DNA from: Terriglobia bacterium
Lineage (GTDB): Bacteria; Acidobacteriota; Terriglobia; Bryobacterales; Bryobacteraceae
NCBI GenBank assembly: GCA_963792065.1
Contig: CAWBUU010000001.1
Span: 1,628,039 to 1,692,038 of the forward strand
Direction: 5' to 3'
Length of the DNA stretch: 64,000 bases
Shown: in pieces, positions 25,867 to 33,898 of the stretch
Layout of the letters: each line of letters starts with the position of its first letter
How positions within the stretch are numbered: the first letter of the stretch is position 1
The notes under the pieces: model-generated
What the model saw: only the letters and a program-made list of their open reading frames with translations
Database searches by the model: none
Told to the model about the DNA's origin: nothing
Position numbers and translations under genes: made by a program

Positions 25867-26106
25867 CTACAACTTCGCGTCCCGCATGGGCGAGCGGTCG
25901 CGCGTCAAATCAACTTCATCCAAAGTCGGTCCCTTCGCCATCAGAAATTCTTTGAAGCCCAGCCGCTTGCCCGTCAATTTCTCGTAGTCGCGTTCGACCA
26001 AGACAATGACGGCATCATTGCGCCGGACGATCCGCTGGGGACCCTCCGCGAGAGCGCGATCGACGAGTTCACTCAGTCGGTGCTTGATTCCGGACCATGC
26101 GATCAT
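25867..26106 (-). CDS. Phd/YefM-like antitoxin-type protein with no cognate toxin gene beside it
   Basis: MIAWSGIKHRLSELVDRALAEGPQRIVRRNDAVIVLVERDYEKL matches the Phd/YefM N-terminal pattern. Its stop is 3 bp from the globin-2 stop (convergent), leaving no room for a toxin. Confidence 0.55.
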   Translation of the reverse strand: MIAWSGIKHRLSELVDRALAEGPQRIVRRNDAVIVLVERDYEKLTGKRLGFKEFLMAKGPTLDEVDLTRDRSPMRDAKL

Positions 26107-26134
26107 GTGGATGTCAGGTAATCGAAGCTTGCCA

Positions 26135-26407
26135 ATGACGATCAACCTTACACCCGAAGACGAGAAGCGAGTTCAGAAACGGCTTCAGAGCGGAGTCTTC
26201 TCGAGCGCCGAGGAAGTCATCCATCGCGCCTTGGAATCGCTGGAAGCGGAAGAAGATTGGCTTCTGGAGAACCGTAGCGGCATCAGCGGGAAGATCGATC
26301 TCGGCCTCGCTCAGCTCCGTCGCGGCGAGGGCCTAACCCCCGAAGCCTCCAGGTCTCGCCTGGAAGCGTTAAAGTCAGCTTGGCGGGCTGAACAGCGGCG
26401 GGACTGA
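26135..26407 (+). CDS. parD: ParD-like (RHH/CopG) type II antitoxin
   Basis: MTINLTPEDEKRVQKRLQSGVFSSAEEVIHRALESLEAEE. Directly followed by a ParE-like ORF. Confidence 0.65.
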   Translation: MTINLTPEDEKRVQKRLQSGVFSSAEEVIHRALESLEAEEDWLLENRSGISGKIDLGLAQLRRGEGLTPEASRSRLEALKSAWRAEQRRD

Positions 26408-26709
26408 GCAGCTACTCGATCTCTCCACAGGCCGTGGACGACCTGTTCGAGATCTGGCGGTTCATAGCCCGTGATGACGAGGAAACCGCCAATCGTGTTG
26501 AGCCAGAATTCTATGAGTTGTTCGATGTGCTTGCTCGAATGCCGGGCGTGGGACACGAGCGCAAGGACTTGACCCAAGAGCATGTACTCTTCTTCCCGCT
26601 GTATTCATACTTGATCGTCTACCAGCCCGATGTAGACCCGGTTCACATCGTCACCGTGATTCACGGCCGCCGGAATGTTAAGCGCGTTTTGAAGCAAAAG
26701 CTAACATAG
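26404..26709 (+). CDS. parE: ParE/RelE-family type II toxin (start codon uncertain; the GTG at 26434 is the first canonical start)
   Basis: SISPQAVDDLFEIWRFIARDDEETANRV, GHERKDL, LIVYQPDVDPVHIVTVIHGRRN. The frame is open from 26392 and abuts the parD stop. Confidence 0.7.
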   Translation: MSSYSISPQAVDDLFEIWRFIARDDEETANRVEPEFYELFDVLARMPGVGHERKDLTQEHVLFFPLYSYLIVYQPDVDPVHIVTVIHGRRNVKRVLKQKLT

Positions 26710-26825
26710 GCCGGCGCCTTGATGCTCTTTGGGGCATACCACCCATCCCGCCACAGCCTCAGATCACCACTCAACGTTTTCAGCACCTTGCAATCGGCAA
26801 ATCACTTGCACCACGCCCCAGCAGA

Positions 26826-27449
26826 GTGCAAATACGCATACACGGCCGGGGAGGCCAAGGCGTCGTCTCAGCCGCCGAAATGCTCTCCATCGCCGCTTTT
26901 CTCGAAGGGCGCTACGCCCAGGCTTTTCCGAGCTTCGGCTCCGAGCGCATGGGAGCGCCTGTCATGGCGTTCTGCCGCATCGCCGACCGGCCCATCCGGT
27001 CGCGTGAACCTGTCGCCAACCCCGACGCTCTCATCATCCAAGACCCCACGCTGCTCCACCAAGTCACTGTTTTTGAAGGCCTTGCGCCAGGTGGCTTCGT
27101 TTTGATCAATTCCACCCGCAGCCTGGACGAGCTTGGGTTGGCTTCGTTTTTGAAAAGTCTGCCCACCGGTCACGCCGTCACCGCGCCCGCCACCGAACTG
27201 GCCTTGCGCTACATCGGCCGTCCGCTGCCCAACAGTACGCTGCTGGGTGGATTCGCCGCCATGACCGGCGAGCTGAAACTTTCGTCGGTCCTGGCCGCTA
27301 TTCGCCAGAAATTCTCCGGCAAGATCGGCGAGACCAACGCCCAGGCCGCCCAGGCCGCCTACGAACTGATCGCCGAGCAACTCGCGAAACCGCCACTCGA
27401 CAATCCGGCCGCGGAAACCCGGGAGGAAATCCATGTGGAAGCAGATTGA
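26826..27449 (+). CDS. 2-oxoacid (pyruvate/2-ketoisovalerate):ferredoxin oxidoreductase, gamma subunit
   Basis: MQIRIHGRGGQGVVSAAEMLSIAAFLEGRYAQAFPSFGSERMGAPV. Overlaps the start of the alpha subunit. Confidence 0.85.
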   Translation: MQIRIHGRGGQGVVSAAEMLSIAAFLEGRYAQAFPSFGSERMGAPVMAFCRIADRPIRSREPVANPDALIIQDPTLLHQVTVFEGLAPGGFVLINSTRSLDELGLASFLKSLPTGHAVTAPATELALRYIGRPLPNSTLLGGFAAMTGELKLSSVLAAIRQKFSGKIGETNAQAAQAAYELIAEQLAKPPLDNPAAETREEIHVEAD

Positions 27450-28686
27450 AGGTTCGCGCGCGGTGGCCGAAACCGTCGCCATGTGCCGGCCCCAGGTCAT
27501 CTGCGCCTACCCGATCACGCCGCAGACCCACATCGTCGAAGCGCTGGGCGAAATGGTGAAGTCGGGCGCACTGGCCGGCTGCGAATTCCTGAACGTCGAG
27601 TCGGAATTCGGAGCGCTCTCGGTGGCCATCGGCGCATCCGCCGCGGGCGCGCGCTCTTACACCGCAACCGCGAGCCAGGGACTGCTGTTCATGGCGGAAG
27701 CCGTCTACAACGCCTCCGGCCTCGGCCTGCCCATCGTCATGACCATCGGCAATCGAGCCATCGGCGCGCCCATCAACATCTGGAACGATCATTCCGACTC
27801 GATGTCCATGCGCGATTCCGGCTGGATCCAGCTCTTCGCGGAAACCAATCAGGAAGCCGCCGACCTGCACATCCAGGCCTTCCGCCTGGCCGAGGAACTT
27901 TCCTGCCCGGTGATGGTGTGCATGGACGGGTTCATTCTCACGCACGCCTACGATCGCATCGACATCCCGCTGCAGCACCAGGTGGACGCGTGGCTTCCGC
28001 CCTACGAACCGCGCCAGGTGCTGGACCCCGCCGCGCCGGTTTCGATCGGCGCCATGGTGGGACCGGAGGCCTTCAGCGAAGTGCGCTACCTCGCGCATCA
28101 CAAGCAACTGCAGGCGCTCGAGCGCATTCCGGAAATCAGCGGCGAATTCTTTGCCACCTTCGGGCGCGAGTCCGGCGGCCTGCTGCGCCCCTATCGCATC
28201 GATGGCGCCGAGACCATCGTGGTCGCGCTGGGATCGGTGAACGGAACCATCCAGGAAGCAGTGGACGAGTTGCGCTCCGAAGGCATGCCCATCGGCTCCA
28301 TCAGCATTTGTTCGTTCCGTCCATTTCCTCTCGAAGCAGTCGGACGCGCGTTGAGCCAGGCCAAGCGCATCATCGTGATCGAAAAATCTCTAGCCGTTGG
28401 CTTGGGAGGCATGCTGGCCACCGACGTCCAGATGGCTGTCTCCGCGCGGCGGCAACGTGTCTACACCGTCATTGCAGGACTGGGCGGTCGCGCCATCACC
28501 AAAGCTTCGCTGCTGAAGCTCTTCCACCAGGCCAAGGCGGACGCGCTCGAAAGTGTCACGTTCCTGGATCTCAACTGGGACATCGTCAATCGGCAACTGA
28601 AGCGCGAGCTGGCCACCCGGCGCAGCGGACCCGCGGCCGAAAGCATCCTGAAGGATCTCGGGACGCTTTCTTCGAAGATCGTCTAG
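27433..28686 (+). CDS. 2-oxoacid:ferredoxin oxidoreductase, alpha subunit
   Basis: Intact 417 aa: EGSRAVAETVAMCRPQVICAYPITPQTHIVEAL and TATASQGLLFMAEAVYNASG. Confidence 0.9.
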   Translation: MWKQIEGSRAVAETVAMCRPQVICAYPITPQTHIVEALGEMVKSGALAGCEFLNVESEFGALSVAIGASAAGARSYTATASQGLLFMAEAVYNASGLGLPIVMTIGNRAIGAPINIWNDHSDSMSMRDSGWIQLFAETNQEAADLHIQAFRLAEELSCPVMVCMDGFILTHAYDRIDIPLQHQVDAWLPPYEPRQVLDPAAPVSIGAMVGPEAFSEVRYLAHHKQLQALERIPEISGEFFATFGRESGGLLRPYRIDGAETIVVALGSVNGTIQEAVDELRSEGMPIGSISICSFRPFPLEAVGRALSQAKRIIVIEKSLAVGLGGMLATDVQMAVSARRQRVYTVIAGLGGRAITKASLLKLFHQAKADALESVTFLDLNWDIVNRQLKRELATRRSGPAAESILKDLGTLSSKIV

Positions 28687-28694
28687 GAGCAACG

Positions 28695-29696
28695 ATGCCG
28701 TTTCATCAGATCAAGTTTTACCAAACCGGAACCTTCACGGTCGGCAATCGCCTGCTCGAGGTGACCGATCGGTCGGTGCAGTCGGACGAGAACCGCTCGA
28801 ACGCGCTGAACTGCGGACACCGTGCCTGCCGGGGATGCGGCGAGGCGCTGGGTGCGCGCTATGCCGTCGACGCCGCGATGCGCGCCGCCAACAACAACCT
28901 GATCGCCGTGAACGCCACCGGTTGCCTGGAAGTTTTTTCGACGCCGTATCCCGAAACGTCCTGGCAGGTCGCTTGGATGCACTCGCTGTTCGGCAACACC
29001 GCCGCGGTGGCTTCCGGCGTCGCGGCCGCGATGAAGGCGCAAGGCAAGCCCAACGTTCGCGTGATCGCGCAAGGCGGCGATGGCGGAACCGCCGACATCG
29101 GCCTGGGCTGTCTGTCGGGCATGTTCGAGCGTAACGACGACGTGCTCTACATTTGCTACGACAACGAAGCTTACATGAATACCGGCGTGCAGCGCTCCGG
29201 CACCACGCCGGCCGCCGCGCGCACCGCCACCACGCCGTCGGTCGGCTCCAAGCCCGGAAATGTTTTCGGGCAAGGCAAGAGCGTCCCGCTGATCGCCATG
29301 GCGCACCAGATTCCGTACGTCGCCACCGCCTCGGTCGCCAACCTGCACGATCTCGAATACAAGGTGGAGAAAGCCGTGCCGATCCGCGGCGCGCGCTACA
29401 TTCACGTTCACGTGCCCTGCCCGCTCGGCTGGGGATCGGAGCCGCACGACACCATCAAGGTGGCGCGCATGGCCGTTGAGAGCGGCCTGTTCCCCCTGTT
29501 CGAAGCGGAGTTCGGAGACCTAACCGACCGCACCATCATCCGCAAACGGCAGCCGGTGGACGAGTACCTGAAGCTGCAAAAGCGATTCGCGCACCTGTTC
29601 CGCCCGCAGCGCGACGACGAGCGCATCGGCGCCATTCAGGCCATCGCGGACCGCAATCTGAAGCGCTTCGGGCTGCTCGACGGGGAGGCGCGCTAA
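28695..29696 (+). CDS. 2-oxoacid:ferredoxin oxidoreductase, beta (TPP-binding) subunit
   Basis: AGGAG at 28685 and ATG at 28695. CGHRACRGCGEAL, GGDGGTADIGLGCLSG and YDNEAYMNTGVQRSG. This is the in-frame C-terminal part of ORF 27483..29696. Confidence 0.9.
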   Translation: MPFHQIKFYQTGTFTVGNRLLEVTDRSVQSDENRSNALNCGHRACRGCGEALGARYAVDAAMRAANNNLIAVNATGCLEVFSTPYPETSWQVAWMHSLFGNTAAVASGVAAAMKAQGKPNVRVIAQGGDGGTADIGLGCLSGMFERNDDVLYICYDNEAYMNTGVQRSGTTPAAARTATTPSVGSKPGNVFGQGKSVPLIAMAHQIPYVATASVANLHDLEYKVEKAVPIRGARYIHVHVPCPLGWGSEPHDTIKVARMAVESGLFPLFEAEFGDLTDRTIIRKRQPVDEYLKLQKRFAHLFRPQRDDERIGAIQAIADRNLKRFGLLDGEAR

Positions 29697-31318
29697 TGGA
29701 CAAACCATTTGCCATCACTCTGGACGTCGGTTCCAGCCTGGCCAATCACACCGGTTCGTGGCGAACCGAGCGGCCGGTGTACCTGGACCGGCTGCCTCCC
29801 TGTAATCACGCCTGCCCCGCCGGCGAGAACATCCAAGCCTGGCTGTTTCACGCCGAAGGCGGCGACTATTTCGAAGCCTGGAAATCGCTGGTCGAGAACA
29901 ATCCCTTGCCCGCGATCATGGGTCGCGTGTGCTATCACCCGTGCGAGTCTTCCTGCAATCGCGCGCAGCTCGATCAGCCCGTGAACATCCACGCGGTCGA
30001 GCGTTTTCTCGGAGACGAAGCGATGCGGCAGGGCTGGCAGTTCGAAGCCGGGCCACCTTCGGGCAAGCATGTACTGGTGGTCGGTTCGGGACCGTCGGGT
30101 TTGTCGGCCGCGTATCATCTGGCGCGCCTGGGCCACCAAGTCACCATCTACGAAGCCGGTCCCAGGCCCGGCGGCATGATGCGCTTCGGTATTCCGAAGT
30201 ACCGGCTGCCGCGCGAAATTCTGGACGCCGAAATCGCGCGTATCCAGCGCATGGGTGTCGAGATCAAGCTCAACACGCGCGTGGACGACTTGGCCACGGT
30301 GCTCGACCGCAAGGAATTCGACGCGGTGTTTCTGGCCGTCGGCGCGCATGTTTCCAAGCGTGCTTACATTCCCGCCGGCGACGCAGCCAAAATTCTGGAC
30401 GCGCTCGGCGTGCTGCGCAACGTGGACGGCGGCAATCCGCCCGAGCTGGGACGCCGCGTTCTGGTCTACGGCGGAGGTAACACCGCTCTCGACGTCGCGC
30501 GCACCGCTAAGCGTCTGGGCGCCACCGAAACGATCATCGTTTATCGCCGCACGCGCGAGAAGATGCCCGCGCACGATTTCGAAGTCCAGGAAGCCATCGA
30601 AGAAGGCATCCAGTTCAAGTGGCTCTCCACCATCAAGCAGGCCGGCGACACGGCCTTCACCGTGGAGAAAATGCGCCTGGACGAAAAGGGCTTTCCGCAG
30701 CCCACCGGCGAATTCGAAACCATCGAAGCCGACTCGCTGGTGCTGGCGCTCGGCCAGGATGTCGACTTGAGTTTCCTTGAGCGAGTCCCCCATCTGGAGA
30801 TGACCGACGGCGTGGTGAAGGTCAATCCGCAAATGATGACCGGGCATCCGGGCGTCTTCGCGGGCGGCGACATGGTTCCGGCCGAACGCACCGTCACGGT
30901 TGCGGTGGGCCACGGCAAGAAAGCCGCGCGCAACATCGATGCCTGGCTGCGCGGCATCGCCTACCAGCCCGCTCACAAACACGCGCTCGCCGAATTCAAC
31001 AACCTAAATACCTGGTATTATTCGGATGCGCCGCTGACCGTGCAGCCCACGCTCGACTTGATCCGCCGCCAGGAAACTTTCGACGAAGTGGTCAAGGGCC
31101 TGGACGAATCGAACGCGCTGTTTGAAGCGCGCCGGTGTCTGTCGTGCGGCAACTGCTTCGAGTGCGACAACTGCTACGGCGTGTGCCCCGACAACGCGGT
31201 GATCAAGCTCGGCCCCGGCAGGCGATTCAAGTTCAACTACGACTACTGCAAGGGCTGCGGGATGTGCGTTGAAGAGTGTCCCTGCGGCGCCATCGAAATG
31301 GTGGCCGAAACCATCTGA
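29696..31318 (+). CDS. GltD/NfnB-like NAD(P)H-binding FAD oxidoreductase fused to a C-terminal 2x[4Fe-4S] ferredoxin domain
   Basis: TAATG overlap with the beta subunit. N-terminal Cys clusters CNHACPAG and CYHPCESSCNR. VVGSGPSGLSAAYHLARLGHQVTIYEA. C-terminal CLSCGNCFECDNCYGVCP and CKGCGMCVEECPCGAI. Confidence 0.85.
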   Translation: MDKPFAITLDVGSSLANHTGSWRTERPVYLDRLPPCNHACPAGENIQAWLFHAEGGDYFEAWKSLVENNPLPAIMGRVCYHPCESSCNRAQLDQPVNIHAVERFLGDEAMRQGWQFEAGPPSGKHVLVVGSGPSGLSAAYHLARLGHQVTIYEAGPRPGGMMRFGIPKYRLPREILDAEIARIQRMGVEIKLNTRVDDLATVLDRKEFDAVFLAVGAHVSKRAYIPAGDAAKILDALGVLRNVDGGNPPELGRRVLVYGGGNTALDVARTAKRLGATETIIVYRRTREKMPAHDFEVQEAIEEGIQFKWLSTIKQAGDTAFTVEKMRLDEKGFPQPTGEFETIEADSLVLALGQDVDLSFLERVPHLEMTDGVVKVNPQMMTGHPGVFAGGDMVPAERTVTVAVGHGKKAARNIDAWLRGIAYQPAHKHALAEFNNLNTWYYSDAPLTVQPTLDLIRRQETFDEVVKGLDESNALFEARRCLSCGNCFECDNCYGVCPDNAVIKLGPGRRFKFNYDYCKGCGMCVEECPCGAIEMVAETI

Positions 31319-31329
31319 GCGCGGCTGCG

Positions 31330-32326
31330 TCAATCCAGCACGATCGCGTCCAGCGCCTGATAAATCGCGTCCGTCGGAAATGAAGTCGCTCAGCGAAATG
31401 ATCCGGCTGTCAAACGTGATGGGAACCAATGCCGTGCGTCCTTCCCACTCCAGCGTGAGCGTCAAGCGATGCAGTTCCATTTCTTGAACCTTGCTGCGTA
31501 GTGGGTTCACCGAGGCCGAGGGCGTGGCTACAATCAGGAAGGAACTCGGAGTCCAGCGGAAGATGTTGCCGACGCTCTGCAATTCCTGCGTCAGATGTTG
31601 TACCACTTTATACAGCATTTGATCGCCGCGCGTAAATCCGAATTTCCGGTTGATCAACTGCAGCCGCCGGATCACAAACAGCGCCGCTTGGGCGTCCGGA
31701 GACTGCACGTGTAGTTTGGCGATCTCGGCTTCCGCATGGGCGCGGACCGGCAGCCCGGTGAGTTGGTCAATCGAGCTGGCCGCCGGAGCAGGAACGTTCG
31801 GCGCCGGTGCGCCTCCGCGATCCACGTTTTTCATCCGCGCGATGCTCGTGGAAATCAAGTCGCTGATGCCTTGCTTGATCCGCAGCATGTTCGTGCGGCT
31901 TCGGTTCAACGCTTCACCGATCCCGTGGCGGAAAGACTCCAGCTCGTTCATCGAGGAAATGGACGCGAACTGGTTTTCGAGCGCCACGATCGGCTCGGCG
32001 ATCTTGTCGACATCGGGCAGCGACGCCATCGCCGTGGTGAGCTCCGCTACCAGCTTCGACAGTTCCGATCGCTGCTGGTCAATCGCCTGGTTGGACTGCC
32101 GGGAATAACCTTCCAGCAGAACCAGCGCGGCGCACGTGACCTGACGAACATCCGAAGTTTTCCGCAGACGTTCCTCCAGTTGAGCGAGCGCCGTAGTGAA
32201 AGCGTTTGCGGCCGCCGCGTCCGCGATCACTACGTGCCGCCGCATTCCAGATAGCAGCAGCTGGATGGACTCGCGGGGAACCGCGGGTTCTACTGGCGGC
32301 GGCGATTTGCTGGCGAAGGCGTTCAT
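31330..32326 (-). CDS. Degenerate GGDEF-domain protein with a long helical N-terminus; one frame break near 31390
   Basis: IDQLTGLPVR starts the domain. INRKFGFTRGDQML aligns to the xNDxxGHxxGDxxL region. RWTPSSFLIV replaces RxGGDEF. After the frame switch the C-terminus reads DAIYQALDAIVLD with a stop at 31330. Confidence 0.6.
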
Positions 32327-32426
32327 CTGGTGGGCACGATTGCCTAACCTCGCGAGAAAGCTGTGTCCCTATTTGTCTCATCGGAGGCGGATTCGAAAGC
32401 ATGACCAGCGCCCGGAAGATGAGTGG

Positions 32427-32981
32427 CTACGCGCCGGCCGTCCCGAGTTCCAGCTTGAAATCCGGTCCCAACCTGGCGCGGCAAAGCTTTTGTACTTCGT
32501 CGCACAGCGAATCGAAGGAGTTGATGAGCGGACGCACATCGATACCGGACCAGCCCATGCGGAACAGGAACAGGCGCAGCTCCACTCTCGACAAAAGAAC
32601 CGAGAAGGCCCACTGCTGGTGCAGCAGTGACACCAGCAGCGGCGTCTCATCCTGGGAGGATTGGATGGCTAACAACTGCACGGCCCTCTGGATGCCGTTG
32701 AACTCGCGGCGCAGCGATCGAAGATATTCGCGGAAGAGCTTGCATCGCTCGCCTCGCAAACGGCGGCAGACTTTCGGATCGTAGCCGGGCTGCGAGCGAA
32801 GGTACTCGTAGTCGTCTTCGCTTAACAATCGAAGCATCGGCGCGTATCGCTCTTCGGCTTGCAGATCGATCCAGTCCCAGGCGCAGTCCAAAACCTTGGA
32901 TTGTCGCCACAGCTTCTTCGTAAAGGAGAAGATCAGCAGCAGAACGATGCACGCGAATCCGAAGATGAAGTAGAGTAGCAT
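32427..32981 (-). CDS. Hypothetical N-terminally membrane-anchored protein
   Basis: Intact 184 aa ORF with the TM helix MLLYFIFGFACIVLLLIFSF. Lies 100 bp upstream of the GGDEF-like gene on the same strand, with lower GC. Confidence 0.5.
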   Translation of the reverse strand: MLLYFIFGFACIVLLLIFSFTKKLWRQSKVLDCAWDWIDLQAEERYAPMLRLLSEDDYEYLRSQPGYDPKVCRRLRGERCKLFREYLRSLRREFNGIQRAVQLLAIQSSQDETPLLVSLLHQQWAFSVLLSRVELRLFLFRMGWSGIDVRPLINSFDSLCDEVQKLCRARLGPDFKLELGTAGA

Positions 32982-33180
32982 TGTATCGCTCCGGTTTTAT
33001 GATATCCGTACGTTATTACGGCGTAAATGGAACTTTTCTCTCAAATGCTCGGCCACACTCCAAACAGCTCTGAGGGAATACGCGAAACAACGTATCTCGG
33101 CTATTCCATCGGGTGGTGGGCCCGTTGCCCCATCCTTGGGTTCGCCGTGCTGGTGACCCCGGCCTCAGCGCTGCCGAACA

Positions 33181-33888
33181 ATGCTCAGTCTCGCAGCAGG
33201 AGTTCCGGTTCACGATAACCGGCGAGTTCCGGCTGGGCGAGCGCAGCGCGAAAGTGACGATACCGACCTCGTTGGCGGAAAGCGATGGCGTTACTTCATT
33301 CATCGAAGCGCCTACCATACCGGCAGCCGGCGATCTCTTCGTCGCCCGCCGCAGGCCGCGATTCGAAGCAGCTACCGCGAACTGGATTCCGCAAGTCGTA
33401 GGATCTTCCAGCGCATGGGCGAGCCAATCGTGTGGGTCATGTCAGGAGTTCAAGTCCGCGAGACAGAGGAGTTCCACATCGATGGCCAGCCGGCGTTGGT
33501 TCTCGCCATCGCGCCGAATGAGGTCTGGCTCCGCGATCCGGAGCCGAGGTCTGGGTTTAGAAAGCTGGAAGGGGCAGGTTACGAAACCACCTATCGAATT
33601 GTCGACGTCCGGATGCGAGTGCGGGATCCGTCGGCCAGCCGTAGCGTCTTGAACATCTCGATTGCGGGTGTCGTCAACGTCCAGCATCGCCTGTTGCTGT
33701 GGCTGGGCAACCCCAGCCGCGACAAGATCCAGTTGCATTGCGGATACGAACCGAAGGTCTATCGCCAGTGGGACCACCGCCTGGACCGGGAAGCGATGAA
33801 GTGGATGTGGTTCGAAGCGTTGTCCGATCACTCAAGTGTCCGGCACGAACCAGCGATCTTCGCCGATTTGCTGGAAGACCTACGATAA
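33181..33888 (+). CDS. Hypothetical protein, probably about 235 aa read across two frames; the solid part is 33415..33888
   Basis: Protein-like sequence QQEFRFTITGEFRLGERSAKVTIPTSLAESDGVTSFIEAP in the frame of ORF 33113.., then MGEPIVWVMSGVQVRETEEFHIDGQ...ADLLEDLR in ORF 33181..33888. No domain recognised. Confidence 0.35.
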   Translation: MLSLAAGVPVHDNRRVPAGRAQRESDDTDLVGGKRWRYFIHRSAYHTGSRRSLRRPPQAAIRSSYRELDSASRRIFQRMGEPIVWVMSGVQVRETEEFHIDGQPALVLAIAPNEVWLRDPEPRSGFRKLEGAGYETTYRIVDVRMRVRDPSASRSVLNISIAGVVNVQHRLLLWLGNPSRDKIQLHCGYEPKVYRQWDHRLDREAMKWMWFEALSDHSSVRHEPAIFADLLEDLR

Positions 33889-33898
33889 CGCCTGGCGA

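Noticed and set aside
33340-33680. A possible PilZ domain (RRRPRF ... NISIAG) in the ORF divergent from the degenerate GGDEF gene.
   Set aside because: The two motif-like strings are about 100 aa apart and lie in different frames. Canonical RxxxR to D/NxSxxG spacing is about 20-30 aa. There is not enough evidence.
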